From an uncultured Clostridia bacterium (lineage in GTDB: Bacteria; Bacillota; Clostridia; TANB77; CAG-508): DNA of 64,000 bases. The notes under the pieces were generated by a model, which saw nothing but the letters and a program-made list of their open reading frames with translations, was not told the origin of the DNA and did not search any database. The position numbers and the translations under genes are program-made. Every line of letters begins with the position of its first letter. The first letter of the stretch is position 1. The stretch spans positions 29,822 through 93,821 of the forward strand of contig CAKOTZ010000005.1 in NCBI GenBank assembly GCA_934120395.1, written 5' to 3'. Below, one piece after another: positions 1-9,611 of this stretch.

Positions 1-255
1 AAAGAAGGTTATGGCGGAGGCAATTGTCAAGTTAGTACTACAATATTTAATGCTGTAAAAAAATTATCAGGTATTGAGGTAATAGAACGTCATAACCATA
101 GCAACAAGGTACCATATGCCAAAGCTGGTAATGATGCGGCTGTAGCTTATGGTAGTTATGACTTTAAATTTATAAACCATAATGATTATGATATTATTAT
201 CCATGCGGAAGCTACGAAATCAAACGTAATTATTACAATAAACAAAATAGGATAG
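1..255 (+). CDS. VanW-like domain protein, C-terminal fragment (5' end outside the window)
   Basis: Frame 1 is open from the window edge to TAG 253-255. The translation ...KEGYGGGNCQVSTTIFNAVKKLSGIEVIERHNHS... carries the GGGxCQxS(S/T)T core typical of VanW-family proteins. A hairpin terminator follows. Confidence 0.55.
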   Translation, partial: KEGYGGGNCQVSTTIFNAVKKLSGIEVIERHNHSNKVPYAKAGNDAAVAYGSYDFKFINHNDYDIIIHAEATKSNVIITINKIG

Positions 256-277
256 TAGAAATACTATCCTATTTTGT
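249..277. terminator. Bidirectional rho-independent terminator between convergent genes
   Basis: 9-bp stem AGGATAGTA / TACTATCCT with a GAAA loop (249-270), followed by ATTTTGTT. Confidence 0.7.
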
Positions 278-289
278 TATCTAAGCAAG

Positions 290-1510
290 TTAAACCACAT
301 TCCATATAAATGTGTAACAATATTCCAAAGTCCGAACTTTAACAATGTCTTTATTAGCAACCAAATTTACAGATTCAATTATATTTCCGTTTTCTGAAAA
401 AGTAACCATTCCAAGTATATCTCCTTGATTAATAGGTGCTATAATATGTTCATTTACCTCAACGCTTTGTTCTATTTTATTTCCTTGACCTTTTTTCATT
501 AACTTTCCACAATTTTCTTCATATACAAGTTCAACACTTGAATCTAATCCCTTTTCTACAGAAACTGACTGAACTTTCTCTCCTGCTTTAGCTAGTTCCT
601 TATATGAATAATTATTAAATCCATAATCCAGTAATTTTTGAGCATCACTAAAACGTATTTTGCTTGTTGGTGCTCTCATGATTACAGCAATAAGTGATAA
701 TCCATCCCTTGTTGCACTTGCAGATAAATTATATAGTGCAAGGGATGTAGAACCAGTCTTTAAACCTGTAGCACCTGAATAATTTCTAATCAATTTATTT
801 GTGTTTACTAATCCAGATTTTCCATCTCTTAAACTATCCATCCATATTTTTGTATAATTCATTACAGTTGGATGCTTAGCTAGTAATTCTCGTGACATTA
901 AGCTTATATCATAGGCAGATGTTACATGACCATCTTCATCTATACCATGGCAATTTTTAAAAGCGGTATCATTCATCCCAAGTTCTTTTGCTTTTTGATT
1001 CATTTTTTCGACAAAACTTTCTTGACTTCCGGCTAGATATTCTGCCATAGCAACAGTACAATCATTTGCAGAAACAACACAAATAGCCTTCAACATATCA
1101 TTAACAGATAATTCTTCTCTTACATCTAACCATATTTGTGAACCACCCATAGCTGCAGCATTTTCACTACATGGAATTTTAGTATCTAAACTAATTTGAC
1201 CATTGTCTAAAGCTTCCATTATTAATAAAACTGTCATAATTTTAGTAACACTTGCTGGTCTTAACTTCTCATGGCAATTGTATTCATATAATATTTGCCC
1301 TGTGTTTTGATCAACTAAAATTGCTGCTCCAGACTCTAACTTTAAATTATTAGCATCTCCTTTGCTCTTATTAATTTCGTCAGCACTCGTTTCCAAGCTT
1401 TGTGACCATACATACGTTTCGTCTTGACTTATAGCAAATACCATTGCTGTGTTAGTCAAAACAAATAAAATTATTAAACATACAAATAATTTTATATATT
1501 TTTTATTCAT
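290..1510 (-). CDS. D-alanyl-D-alanine carboxypeptidase (S11, PBP5/DacF-like)
   Basis: Track ORF 290..1558. Start moved to MNKKYIKLF (1510), behind GGAGG, giving a signal peptide. Motifs SVTK, SAND and KTGST are present. An in-frame CGG at 332-334 allows an alternative +1 C-terminus ending at 277 (see findings). Confidence 0.9.
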   Translation of the reverse strand: MNKKYIKLFVCLIILFVLTNTAMVFAISQDETYVWSQSLETSADEINKSKGDANNLKLESGAAILVDQNTGQILYEYNCHEKLRPASVTKIMTVLLIMEALDNGQISLDTKIPCSENAAAMGGSQIWLDVREELSVNDMLKAICVVSANDCTVAMAEYLAGSQESFVEKMNQKAKELGMNDTAFKNCHGIDEDGHVTSAYDISLMSRELLAKHPTVMNYTKIWMDSLRDGKSGLVNTNKLIRNYSGATGLKTGSTSLALYNLSASATRDGLSLIAVIMRAPTSKIRFSDAQKLLDYGFNNYSYKELAKAGEKVQSVSVEKGLDSSVELVYEENCGKLMKKGQGNKIEQSVEVNEHIIAPINQGDILGMVTFSENGNIIESVNLVANKDIVKVRTLEYCYTFIWNVV

Positions 1511-1570
1511 ACTATTTTCATACCTCCGTATTAAAATAATATGCATTCTCTTTGTCATCTATACTCATTT

Positions 1571-3412
1571 TTAGATTTTTAAAGCTCTCATCGCATTCAA
1601 AATTGCAACTACCGAAACACCAACATCCGCAAAAACAGCTTGCCACATAGTTGCAATTCCTAAAGCACCCAATAACAATACTAAAATTTTTACACCAATT
1701 GCAAAAGCAATATTTTGCTTTACAATTTTTAAAGTTTTTTTAGATATTTTTAAGGCAGTAACAATTTTAGTTGGTTCATCATTCATTAAAACAATGTCCG
1801 CGGCTTCTATTGCAGCATCGGATCCCATTGCTCCCATTGCAATTCCAATATCAGCTCTTGCAAGTACGGGTGAATCATTTATTCCATCTCCCACAAAAGC
1901 AAGTTTACTTTTATCATTCTTATATTTTATTAACTTTTCTAATTGTTCAACTTTTTGATCTGGTAATAATTCCGCATACACTTCATCTATTCCTAGCTTG
2001 CTTCCTACATATTCACCAATTTCTTTCTTATCGCCAGTAAGCATAACAGTTTTCTTTATATTTTGTTTTTTCAATAATTCAATAGCTTGCTTTGAATCTT
2101 CCTTAATTTCATCTGAAATCAATAAATACCCAGAATATTTACCATCTACTGCTACATATATAACAGTTCCTATTTTCTGAACAGCATTAGTCGCTATACA
2201 ACTATTTTCTAATAATTTTTTATTTCCAACCAATACTTGTTTTCCCTTTACACTTGCATTTATTCCATAACCAGCTATTTCTTCTATTTTGTTGATACTA
2301 CTTTCTACTATTTCTTTGCCATAAGCTTTTTTTATAGAAATAGCAATTGGATGTGAAGAATAATTTTCTGCATAAGCGACCAATTCTAATAATTCCTCTT
2401 CGCTTATATCTCCTTCTGTTTTAACTTCTTGTACCTCAAAAACCCCCTTTGTAAGAGTTCCTGTTTTATCAAAAACTATAATTTCTGTTTGGGCTAGAAC
2501 TTCTAAATAATTTGCTCCTTTAATTAAAACTCCATTTTTTGCTGCCCCTCCAATTCCAGCAAAGAAACTAAGTGGAATAGAAATAACAAGGGCACAGGGG
2601 CATGAAATAACCAAGAATACCAAAGCTCTATAAATCCACTCTTGAAATGTATGACCTAAAACCAGAGGAGGTACTATGGCTAGTAAAGCAGCAATTAATA
2701 CAACAATTGGTGTGTATATTTTTGCAAATTTTGTAATAAACTGTTCAGAATTCGCTTTCTTTTCATTCGCATGTTCTACCAAATCTAAAATTTTACTTAC
2801 CGTTGAAGCACCAAATTCTTTTATTACTTTTGCTTCTATCAAGCCACTTGCATTTATCATACCACTTAGTATTGTATCACCAACCTTTGCCCTTTTAGGG
2901 ATTGCTTCCCCAGTTAAAGCTGATGTATCTAACATGGTTTCACCACTAACTATAACAGCATCTAATGGCACTTTTTCGCCAGGTTTAATTACAATAATGT
3001 CATCTATTTTTACTGTTGCTGGATTTACTTTTTCTACCTTATCATCTTGTTTTAAATTAGCGTAATCAGGTCTTATATCCATTAACTCGGTAATTGAATC
3101 TCTAGATTTATCACTCGCATAATCTTGAAATAATTCTCCAATTTGATAAAATAGCATAACAGCTACGCCCTCAGGATACTCTCCAATTAAGAAAGCTCCA
3201 ATAGTTGCAACTGTCATTAAAAAATTCTCATCAAATATTTCGCCTTTACTAATATTCTTAATTGCCTTTAATATAATTTCCAACCCAACAAGTAAATAAC
3301 TTATTAGATAACATATATTCTGTAAAATTTCATTATCTTTTAAAATAAATAGCGACATAAAAAATAATACTAATGCAACAATAATTTTAATTATATCCTT
3401 TTTATTTTCCAT
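1571..3412 (-). CDS. Heavy-metal (Cd/Zn-type) P1B-type ATPase, no N-terminal HMA domain visible
   Basis: Motifs CPC (SCPCALVIS), DKTGT, TGD and GDGINDSP. Start placed at MENKKD (3412), behind GGGAGGAAATAGAG. It overlaps the upstream regulator stop by 11 nt. Confidence 0.9.
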   Translation of the reverse strand: MENKKDIIKIIVALVLFFMSLFILKDNEILQNICYLISYLLVGLEIILKAIKNISKGEIFDENFLMTVATIGAFLIGEYPEGVAVMLFYQIGELFQDYASDKSRDSITELMDIRPDYANLKQDDKVEKVNPATVKIDDIIVIKPGEKVPLDAVIVSGETMLDTSALTGEAIPKRAKVGDTILSGMINASGLIEAKVIKEFGASTVSKILDLVEHANEKKANSEQFITKFAKIYTPIVVLIAALLAIVPPLVLGHTFQEWIYRALVFLVISCPCALVISIPLSFFAGIGGAAKNGVLIKGANYLEVLAQTEIIVFDKTGTLTKGVFEVQEVKTEGDISEEELLELVAYAENYSSHPIAISIKKAYGKEIVESSINKIEEIAGYGINASVKGKQVLVGNKKLLENSCIATNAVQKIGTVIYVAVDGKYSGYLLISDEIKEDSKQAIELLKKQNIKKTVMLTGDKKEIGEYVGSKLGIDEVYAELLPDQKVEQLEKLIKYKNDKSKLAFVGDGINDSPVLARADIGIAMGAMGSDAAIEAADIVLMNDEPTKIVTALKISKKTLKIVKQNIAFAIGVKILVLLLGALGIATMWQAVFADVGVSVVAILNAMRALKI

Positions 3413-3779
3413 CTCTATTTCCTCCCTCTTGTATATGTTCCAAACCTCTTTCAAAAATATCTTGAACATGTTTATCCGCTAAAGAATAAAAAACATTTTT
3501 TCCATCCTTTCTGAATTTAACTAAATTTAATTCTTTTAAAGCTCTTAATTGATGTGATACTGCAGATTTAGTCATATTTAATACTACGGCTAAATCACAA
3601 ACACACATTTCAGATTTATCCAATGCCCATAATATCTTCAAACGTGTACTATCTCCAAACACCTTAAAAAAATCAGCCAAATCATATATAATCTCTTCTT
3701 CTAACATATTTAACTTTACCTTAGATACTATTTCGCTATGAATAGCATCACAATCGCATATAGTTGCTTTATTTTCCAT
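3402..3779 (-). CDS. ArsR/SmtB-family metal-sensing repressor (CadC-like)
   Basis: Contains ...FKVFGDSTRLKILWALDKSEMCVCDLAVVLNMTKSAVSHQLRALKELNLV... (wHTH with a CVC metal site). Translationally coupled to the ATPase. Start at MENKATICDCD. Confidence 0.85.
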   Translation of the reverse strand: MENKATICDCDAIHSEIVSKVKLNMLEEEIIYDLADFFKVFGDSTRLKILWALDKSEMCVCDLAVVLNMTKSAVSHQLRALKELNLVKFRKDGKNVFYSLADKHVQDIFERGLEHIQEGGNRDGK

Positions 3780-3872
3780 TCTAAACCCCCTAACATAATA
3801 AAATTGAATATCCATTCAACTGTAATTATAGTTGAATGGATATTCAATTGTCAATATAAAAAATATAAAAAA

Positions 3873-4265
3873 TTATATTTTTTTATTATTACTTTCTAAT
3901 ATATCTCTAATGTATTTTTCTAATTTTGCAGTTGTATGGCAAGAAACACAATGTGATAATTTTTCAGCTTCTACCTCAGCTAAATCTTCATCAGTTTTTA
4001 TGATATCAGTTAAAAATTTTTTAAAAATACTGTGTCTTTTACTTAAAAAGTCAGCTCTTGCTGTACCAGTCTTTGTTAAAGTAATTGCCTTATATTTTTC
4101 ATAATTAATCAATCCTTGTTCCTTTAAATGATTCAGAGCAGTATTAGTACTAGATTTTTTAACGCCAAGTAATGCTGCGATATCAGTTACACGTACTGCC
4201 TCATTCTTTTTGCTAAGGGTATATATAGCACTTAGATATTCTTCTAATGATGCTGATAAATTCAT
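3873..4265 (-). CDS. DtxR/MntR-family metal-dependent transcriptional regulator
   Basis: MNLSASLEEYLSAIYTLSKKNEAVRVTDIAALLGVKKSSTNTALNHLKEQGLI... is a typical DtxR N-terminal wHTH. Start chosen at the internal Met (4265). Confidence 0.8.
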   Translation of the reverse strand: MNLSASLEEYLSAIYTLSKKNEAVRVTDIAALLGVKKSSTNTALNHLKEQGLINYEKYKAITLTKTGTARADFLSKRHSIFKKFLTDIIKTDEDLAEVEAEKLSHCVSCHTTAKLEKYIRDILESNNKKI

Positions 4266-4323
4266 AATATATTTCTCCTCTTTTATATTTTTAAATATTA
4301 TAACACACTTTTTATTAATAAAC

Positions 4324-4358
4324 AAAATACGTCTAACAAAAATGTTAGGCGTATTTTT
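4324..4358. terminator. Bidirectional hairpin terminator downstream of the orphan ORF
   Basis: 11-bp stem TACGTCTAACA / TGTTAGGCGTA (one G-T pair) with an AAAA loop, flanked by an A-run and a T-run. Confidence 0.6.
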
Positions 4359-4401
4359 AGTAGCAATTGCTACACTTTTTAGAATGGCTCAACTCACGTG
4401 G

Positions 4402-4869
4402 TTACTTAGCAAAGAAATGTGCATCAGCTCTTCTAGTTTTATGTGTCAAGCATCCCTTCCTTTGGCTAATTTTCTTAAATCCCGCCAGTTCAAATATTTC
4501 TCTGTAACGGCGCCACTGCTTAGCATGTACAAAAATCAATTCATACTGCATTTCTACAAACCAAATTAAAAAGTCTGTTATTACGTGAATTTTTGTCTCT
4601 TTGCTTGTTTCACTAGCAAAGGAAACTTTGCTAATAGCTGGATAAAATTCTTCATTTTGGTTAGCAACAGTAATAGTTGCAACCAATTCAGCTGAATCAA
4701 CAAAAGAGACTTGATAATCTCGTTCTTCAGCTGAAATATAAGCATACTCGTTCAAATCTTCAGCTGCTCTTATTTCTGAAGCATTTACCCTTTTTACCTT
4801 TACACATTCCCGAGGCTTATCTGCCTTAACCTTTATGAACTCTTCATAGCCTAAGTACAGATGTTTCAT
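4402..4869 (-). CDS. Hypothetical protein, compositionally atypical orphan A
   Basis: A 155-codon ORF starting at MKHLYLGYEE (RBS AAAGGAATGG), with its own -35/-10 and terminator. G+C is visibly higher and it uses CGC/CGT/CGG Arg codons. I recognise no family. Confidence 0.55.
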   Translation of the reverse strand: MKHLYLGYEEFIKVKADKPRECVKVKRVNASEIRAAEDLNEYAYISAEERDYQVSFVDSAELVATITVANQNEEFYPAISKVSFASETSKETKIHVITDFLIWFVEMQYELIFVHAKQWRRYREIFELAGFKKISQRKGCLTHKTRRADAHFFAK

Positions 4870-4911
4870 GTTTACCATTCCTTTCATTAAAGAAAATTTA
4901 GTTACAGCTAT

Positions 4912-4940
4912 ATTATAGCAAAATTTTCCATTAAATTCAA
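4912..4940 (-). promoter_or_regulatory. Putative sigma-A promoter of orphan A
   Basis: On the minus strand: TTGAAT, a 17-nt spacer, then TATAAT, about 45 nt upstream of the ATG at 4869. Confidence 0.45.
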
Positions 4941-4970
4941 GAGGGTTACATAAAATTTGCATTAGATTTA

Positions 4971-5009
4971 AAAAAAGAGTAAAATCGCATTTTTCGAATT
5001 TACTCTTTT
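4971..5009 (-). terminator. pyk terminator
   Basis: Stem AGAGTAAA / TTTACTCT followed by a T-run on the minus strand, immediately after the pyk stop. Confidence 0.65.
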
Positions 5010-5020
5010 AATATTTTTAC

Positions 5021-6451
5021 TTAAATTTTTACTATTCCACCAATAACCTTGTTGATTGAACTTTCCATTTCAGGTAAAATTTCAGAACCACCCGCAATGA
5101 TAACTATATCATCTTTAACTAGTTTATTTTCAGCTTTAAGCATATCTATACCCTCATGAATCATCTTATCAACATTTTTGTCTTTTTTAACAAGCAATGG
5201 ATACACGTTCCATTGTAAGTTCAATTGTCTCCAAACTTGTTCATCTTCTGTTATAGCATAAATAGGACATTTTGGACTATAAGAAGATACTATTCTAGCA
5301 GTAGAACCAGATTCAGTATAAGTTACAATAGCCTTTGCCTTTAAATTCATCGCACTTACACAAACTCCATTGTATATATTAAATCTAAATTCTCTATTTT
5401 CTAAATCATAATCACTTTGTCTAAATCTTTTCCAGTAGTTAATAGATTGTTCTGTTGTCTGAGCTATTTTGTCCATTATTTCAACACATTCTCTTGGATA
5501 CTTTCCATTTGCACTTTCACCTGAAAGCATAATGGCACTTGTTAAATCAAAAATAGCATTTGAAACATCACTTACTTCTGCTCTAGTTGGTCTTGGATTA
5601 TTAATCATTGAATCCAACATTTGTGTAGCAGTGATAACTAATTTACCAGCTTTTGAAGTTTTTTTGATAAATTCCTTTTGGATAATTGGAACTTGCTCCA
5701 TAGGTACTTCTACACTTAAATCGCCTCTAGCAACCATAATGCCATCAGAAGCTTCAAGAATTTCATCAAAATTATCTACTCCCTCTTGATTTTCAATCTT
5801 AGAAATAATTCTAATTTTTTCTCCGCCATGTTCTTTTAATAAATTACGAATATCAATAACATCTTGAGCTTTTCTTACAAAAGAAGCAGCAATATAGTCA
5901 AATCCAGCTTTCGCACCGTTAATAATATCATCTCTATCTTTTTCTGTCATAACAGGTAAATTTAAACTAACATTTGGAACATTAGCACTTTTTCTATTGC
6001 TAATTGGTCCGCCATTTAGCACTTTACAATATACCTTATTTCCTTTTATTTCTATAACTTCTGTTCCAACAAGTCCGTCATCAATTAAAATTTTATCTCC
6101 AACCTTAACTTCTTTATATAAATCTTTGTAACTTACTGTAAATTCTTCTTTGGTTCCTAGAATTTCTTCAGGTGTTAATGCAAAAACATCGCCTTCTTCT
6201 AAATATACTTTTCCTTCTGCAAATTTTCCAATTCTAACTTCTGGTCCTTTTGTATCTAAAAGTAAGGCAACAGGTAAATTCAATTCAGCTCTTACTTTTT
6301 TTATTAATTCAATTTTTGCTTTTTGTTCTTCATAATTGCCATGTGAAAAGTTAATTCTTGCTACATTCATTCCTGCAAGCATTAGTTGCTTCAATGTTTC
6401 TTCATTATCACTAGCTGGTCCTATGGTACATACAATTTTTGTTTTTCTCAT
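5021..6451 (-). CDS. pyk: Pyruvate kinase
   Basis: MRKTKIVCTIGPAS..., NVARINFSHG and MVARGDL motifs. Full length, 476 aa. Confidence 0.95.
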   Translation of the reverse strand: MRKTKIVCTIGPASDNEETLKQLMLAGMNVARINFSHGNYEEQKAKIELIKKVRAELNLPVALLLDTKGPEVRIGKFAEGKVYLEEGDVFALTPEEILGTKEEFTVSYKDLYKEVKVGDKILIDDGLVGTEVIEIKGNKVYCKVLNGGPISNRKSANVPNVSLNLPVMTEKDRDDIINGAKAGFDYIAASFVRKAQDVIDIRNLLKEHGGEKIRIISKIENQEGVDNFDEILEASDGIMVARGDLSVEVPMEQVPIIQKEFIKKTSKAGKLVITATQMLDSMINNPRPTRAEVSDVSNAIFDLTSAIMLSGESANGKYPRECVEIMDKIAQTTEQSINYWKRFRQSDYDLENREFRFNIYNGVCVSAMNLKAKAIVTYTESGSTARIVSSYSPKCPIYAITEDEQVWRQLNLQWNVYPLLVKKDKNVDKMIHEGIDMLKAENKLVKDDIVIIAGGSEILPEMESSINKVIGGIVKI

Positions 6452-6478
6452 TCTAATAACCTCTTTCCTTTTTACGCT

Positions 6479-9046
6479 TTATTTCGTTATCCATTTTACT
6501 AAATTTAGATTTTCTGAATCTAGTAGCATTTCATGTTTTGGGACAACTCTAAAAGTATAACCATAATCACCACCAGTTGTCAAGTCTATTTTAGCTTTAT
6601 ATGTATATATTTTTTCTTTTTCATTTGACTTCACAACTTTCATTGGAATAATACTAATATTATCAACGTTTCCATTATTCATTATTTTTCCGAAGTATAC
6701 TTCAACCCTTATACTATCTGGACTTATATTAGGTAGTTTAACCTGACATGAAACTTCTATGCTATTACCTGCATCAAATTTTTTGTTATTTACATTATGA
6801 TCTTGGGTAATTACAATGTCGTCCCAGTTCATATATAAATCCTTTTTCCATTGATTAAATTCGGTAACACTCTCTAAATTGTTGTAATACTTGTTACTTA
6901 AGTCATATAAAGGCATATATAATTTTTGAGTATAGTCAACAAGCATTCTAGCTGTACTAAACTTACCAGCATTAGACATGATAGAATTTTTCATTAAAGT
7001 CATCCATTCTTTAGAAATTCCATTTTTGTCCTTGTTATAATATGCTGGAACAATCTTATTTTCCAATGTATTATATATACTATTACTGTCAGCATTATCT
7101 TGTTCATCATAAGAGCGATATTCTTTATTACTTCCAATAGGCCAACCATTTCTCATGTCATATCCTTCAGCCCACCATCCATCAAGAATACTAAAATTAA
7201 CAACACCATTAATAGCAGCTTTTTGTCCACTCGTTCCTGAAGCTTCCATTGGACGTCTTGGATTATTTAACCAAACATCTACACCACTTACTAAATATCT
7301 AGCCATAGCAATATTGTAATTTTCTAGAAGAAATATTTTTCCTTTAAATTGAGGCACCATAGATATTTCATGAATATATTTAATCAAATCTTGTCCTTCT
7401 TTATCAGCTGGATGTGCTTTACCTGCAAAAATTAATTGTACAGGTCTTTCTTCATCATTTAATATTTCCGTAATTCTTTCAAAATCTCTAAATATTAGAG
7501 TAGCTCTTTTATATGTTGCAAATCTTCTAGCAAATCCTATTGTTAAAGCATTTGGATCTAATTTTGATGTTATTTCTTTTATACTATCATACCCTATTCC
7601 AGTATCTTTTAATCTATCTGTAATATTTTCTTTAACAAAATCTAAAAGTTTGCGTTTCCTATTCATATGTTCTTTCCAAAGTTTTTCGTCAGGAATATCA
7701 TTTATTTTCTTCCATGTAGATTCAATATGAATATTGTCTTGCCAATATGGAGCTAAATATTCATTATATAATTTTTTCAATCCTGGTGCAAGCCATGTAC
7801 ATGTATGAACACCATTTGTAACGTAGGTAATTGGCGTTTCATTTGAAGCAATATTAGGCCAAACATCACCAAATAATTCCCTTGAAACAGCACCATGTAA
7901 TTTGCTAACGCCATTTTTCTTTGCGGCAATTTTTAAAGCCAAAATTCCCATATTAAATCCTGGTTCTAGACCATCTTGGCATTTCATACCTAACCTTAAG
8001 AATTTTTCTCTACTAATTCCTAATTTGCCCCAAAAATCCGAAAAATATTGATCTACTAATCCAATATCAAAAATATCATTACCTGCTGGTACAGGAGTAT
8101 GTGTAGTAAATATAGTTTTAGCAGAAACTATATCTTTAGCAATATTAAATGATACTTCCTTTTCTTCCATTGTATCTCTAATAAGTTCTAATGTTAAGAA
8201 TGAAGAATGACCTTCATTCATGTGATATACCTTTGGCTTTAAGCCCAAAGTTTTTATTAAACGAGCTCCACCAATACCTAAAATAATTTCTTGTCTTATT
8301 CTAGTTTCTTTATCTCCGCCATATAATTTTAATGTTGTTTCTCTAAATTCAGCCTTATTTTCTTTAATATCTGAATCCATTAAATATAATTTAACACGTC
8401 CAACATTGATTTGCCAAACTTTTAAGTATACGTCTTCACCTCTAAATTTAACAGAAATAATTAAGTCTCCACCTTCTTTTGTTTTTACAGGTGTAATTGG
8501 CAAATTAGGAATATCAAGATTTTGATACTCTGACTCCTGTATTCCATATTCGTTTATTTTTTGATCGAAATAGCCATTTTTATATAGTAAGCCAACAGCA
8601 ACAAAAGGAAGTCCTAAATCACTAGCTGACTTTAAATGATCACCTGAAAGTATTCCTAATCCTCCTGAATAAATTGGTAAGATTTCATCTAGACCATACT
8701 CAGCAGAAAAATAAGCAATTAGATTCTTATCTTTACTATTTGGATATTGCTTATCATACCATGTTTCATGACTATTCATGTAATTATCATAATCAGTAAC
8801 TAATTTATCATATACCTTTAAAAATTCTTCATTTGTCTCAAATTCTTCCAAACGTTTTTGGTCAACTAATTTCAAAAATTTTACAGGGTTTCTTTCGCAA
8901 GTCTCCCATAAATCAATATCAATCTCTTTAAATAATTTCAAGAAATCAGTGTTCCATGACCACCAAAGATTATTGGCAATTTCCTCTAAACGATTAATTC
9001 GCTTTGGTAACTGCGGATTAACCGTAATTCTATTAAATACGTACAC
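6479..9046 (-). CDS. glgP: Alpha-glucan (maltodextrin/glycogen) phosphorylase, GT35
   Basis: 855 aa with a GTG start. Contains ...AYFSAEYGL..., GGLGILSGDHLKSASDLG and ASGTSGQKAAINGV (the PLP lysine region). Confidence 0.9.
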   Translation of the reverse strand: MYVFNRITVNPQLPKRINRLEEIANNLWWSWNTDFLKLFKEIDIDLWETCERNPVKFLKLVDQKRLEEFETNEEFLKVYDKLVTDYDNYMNSHETWYDKQYPNSKDKNLIAYFSAEYGLDEILPIYSGGLGILSGDHLKSASDLGLPFVAVGLLYKNGYFDQKINEYGIQESEYQNLDIPNLPITPVKTKEGGDLIISVKFRGEDVYLKVWQINVGRVKLYLMDSDIKENKAEFRETTLKLYGGDKETRIRQEIILGIGGARLIKTLGLKPKVYHMNEGHSSFLTLELIRDTMEEKEVSFNIAKDIVSAKTIFTTHTPVPAGNDIFDIGLVDQYFSDFWGKLGISREKFLRLGMKCQDGLEPGFNMGILALKIAAKKNGVSKLHGAVSRELFGDVWPNIASNETPITYVTNGVHTCTWLAPGLKKLYNEYLAPYWQDNIHIESTWKKINDIPDEKLWKEHMNRKRKLLDFVKENITDRLKDTGIGYDSIKEITSKLDPNALTIGFARRFATYKRATLIFRDFERITEILNDEERPVQLIFAGKAHPADKEGQDLIKYIHEISMVPQFKGKIFLLENYNIAMARYLVSGVDVWLNNPRRPMEASGTSGQKAAINGVVNFSILDGWWAEGYDMRNGWPIGSNKEYRSYDEQDNADSNSIYNTLENKIVPAYYNKDKNGISKEWMTLMKNSIMSNAGKFSTARMLVDYTQKLYMPLYDLSNKYYNNLESVTEFNQWKKDLYMNWDDIVITQDHNVNNKKFDAGNSIEVSCQVKLPNISPDSIRVEVYFGKIMNNGNVDNISIIPMKVVKSNEKEKIYTYKAKIDLTTGGDYGYTFRVVPKHEMLLDSENLNLVKWITK

Positions 9047-9221
9047 TCTTTATTCCTCCTCTGTATACTATTTTTCATTTATCTTCTTGTTTATCTCATT
9101 TATTATATATTAACTAATTTATTTGTCAATGGTTTTAAATGGGTAAATTTGATTTTTCATAAAAAAAGTAGTATAATAAATGTATGTTAAAATTTTATTT
9201 CGTAAAAGGAGTGTCGTCATC

Positions 9222-9608
9222 ATGAAAACCATCAACAAGTTACAAATTGTAACCCTTTTAACCAGTGTTATTTTCGTTTTATTTGTTTCATTGCCAGCAA
9301 TTTTTACTGGTATTGAACTTTTCAGTATCAATGAAGATATCCATCATTATAACGCGCAGCAAATTAAGACTGATGAAATGACAGAGCTTATTTCACTCGA
9401 CTTTGATAGTCGTGAAGCTTTAACTGCTTCATCTCATCCTCTTGTAGCTTTTATGGCTCAGCATTCCAGTGCTGTATGGGTATCAGTTACTGTTTTGTTT
9501 GGTGTTTTGCCAATTGTCTATTTTAGGCAAATAGCACGTTGGATTTATCGCAAGGTATTAATCCTTTATGCCACCCGAAATAACAAAAAGATTATTAAAC
9601 GAATATAA
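9222..9608 (+). CDS. Hypothetical membrane protein, compositionally atypical orphan B
   Basis: ATG 9222 behind AAAAGGAG. Two predicted TM segments. G+C is higher than the neighbours. A strong terminator follows. Confidence 0.5.
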   Translation: MKTINKLQIVTLLTSVIFVLFVSLPAIFTGIELFSINEDIHHYNAQQIKTDEMTELISLDFDSREALTASSHPLVAFMAQHSSAVWVSVTVLFGVLPIVYFRQIARWIYRKVLILYATRNNKKIIKRI

Positions 9609-9611
9609 CCA

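Noticed and set aside
1526-1528. An in-frame CGG in the upstream part of track ORF 290..1558.
   Set aside because: It lies in the 5' leader. The real start is the Met at 1510, behind GGAGG, and the CGG is part of ACGGAGG. It is therefore not counted as a coding CGG.
2676-3065. Long antisense ORFs inside conserved minus-strand genes. Examples: 2676..3065, 5469..5789, 16618..17022, 26708..27340, 32070..32495, 38832..39311, 48661..49356.
   Set aside because: They lie opposite well-conserved proteins. Their composition is Ser/Phe/Ile/Leu-rich, as expected from reverse-complemented AT-rich coding DNA, and they have no RBS. They are frame artefacts.
9119-9331. A minus-strand 70-aa ORF overlapping the orphan B start region.
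   Set aside because: It overlaps the better-supported plus-strand gene and its promoter. It has no RBS and a low-complexity product.
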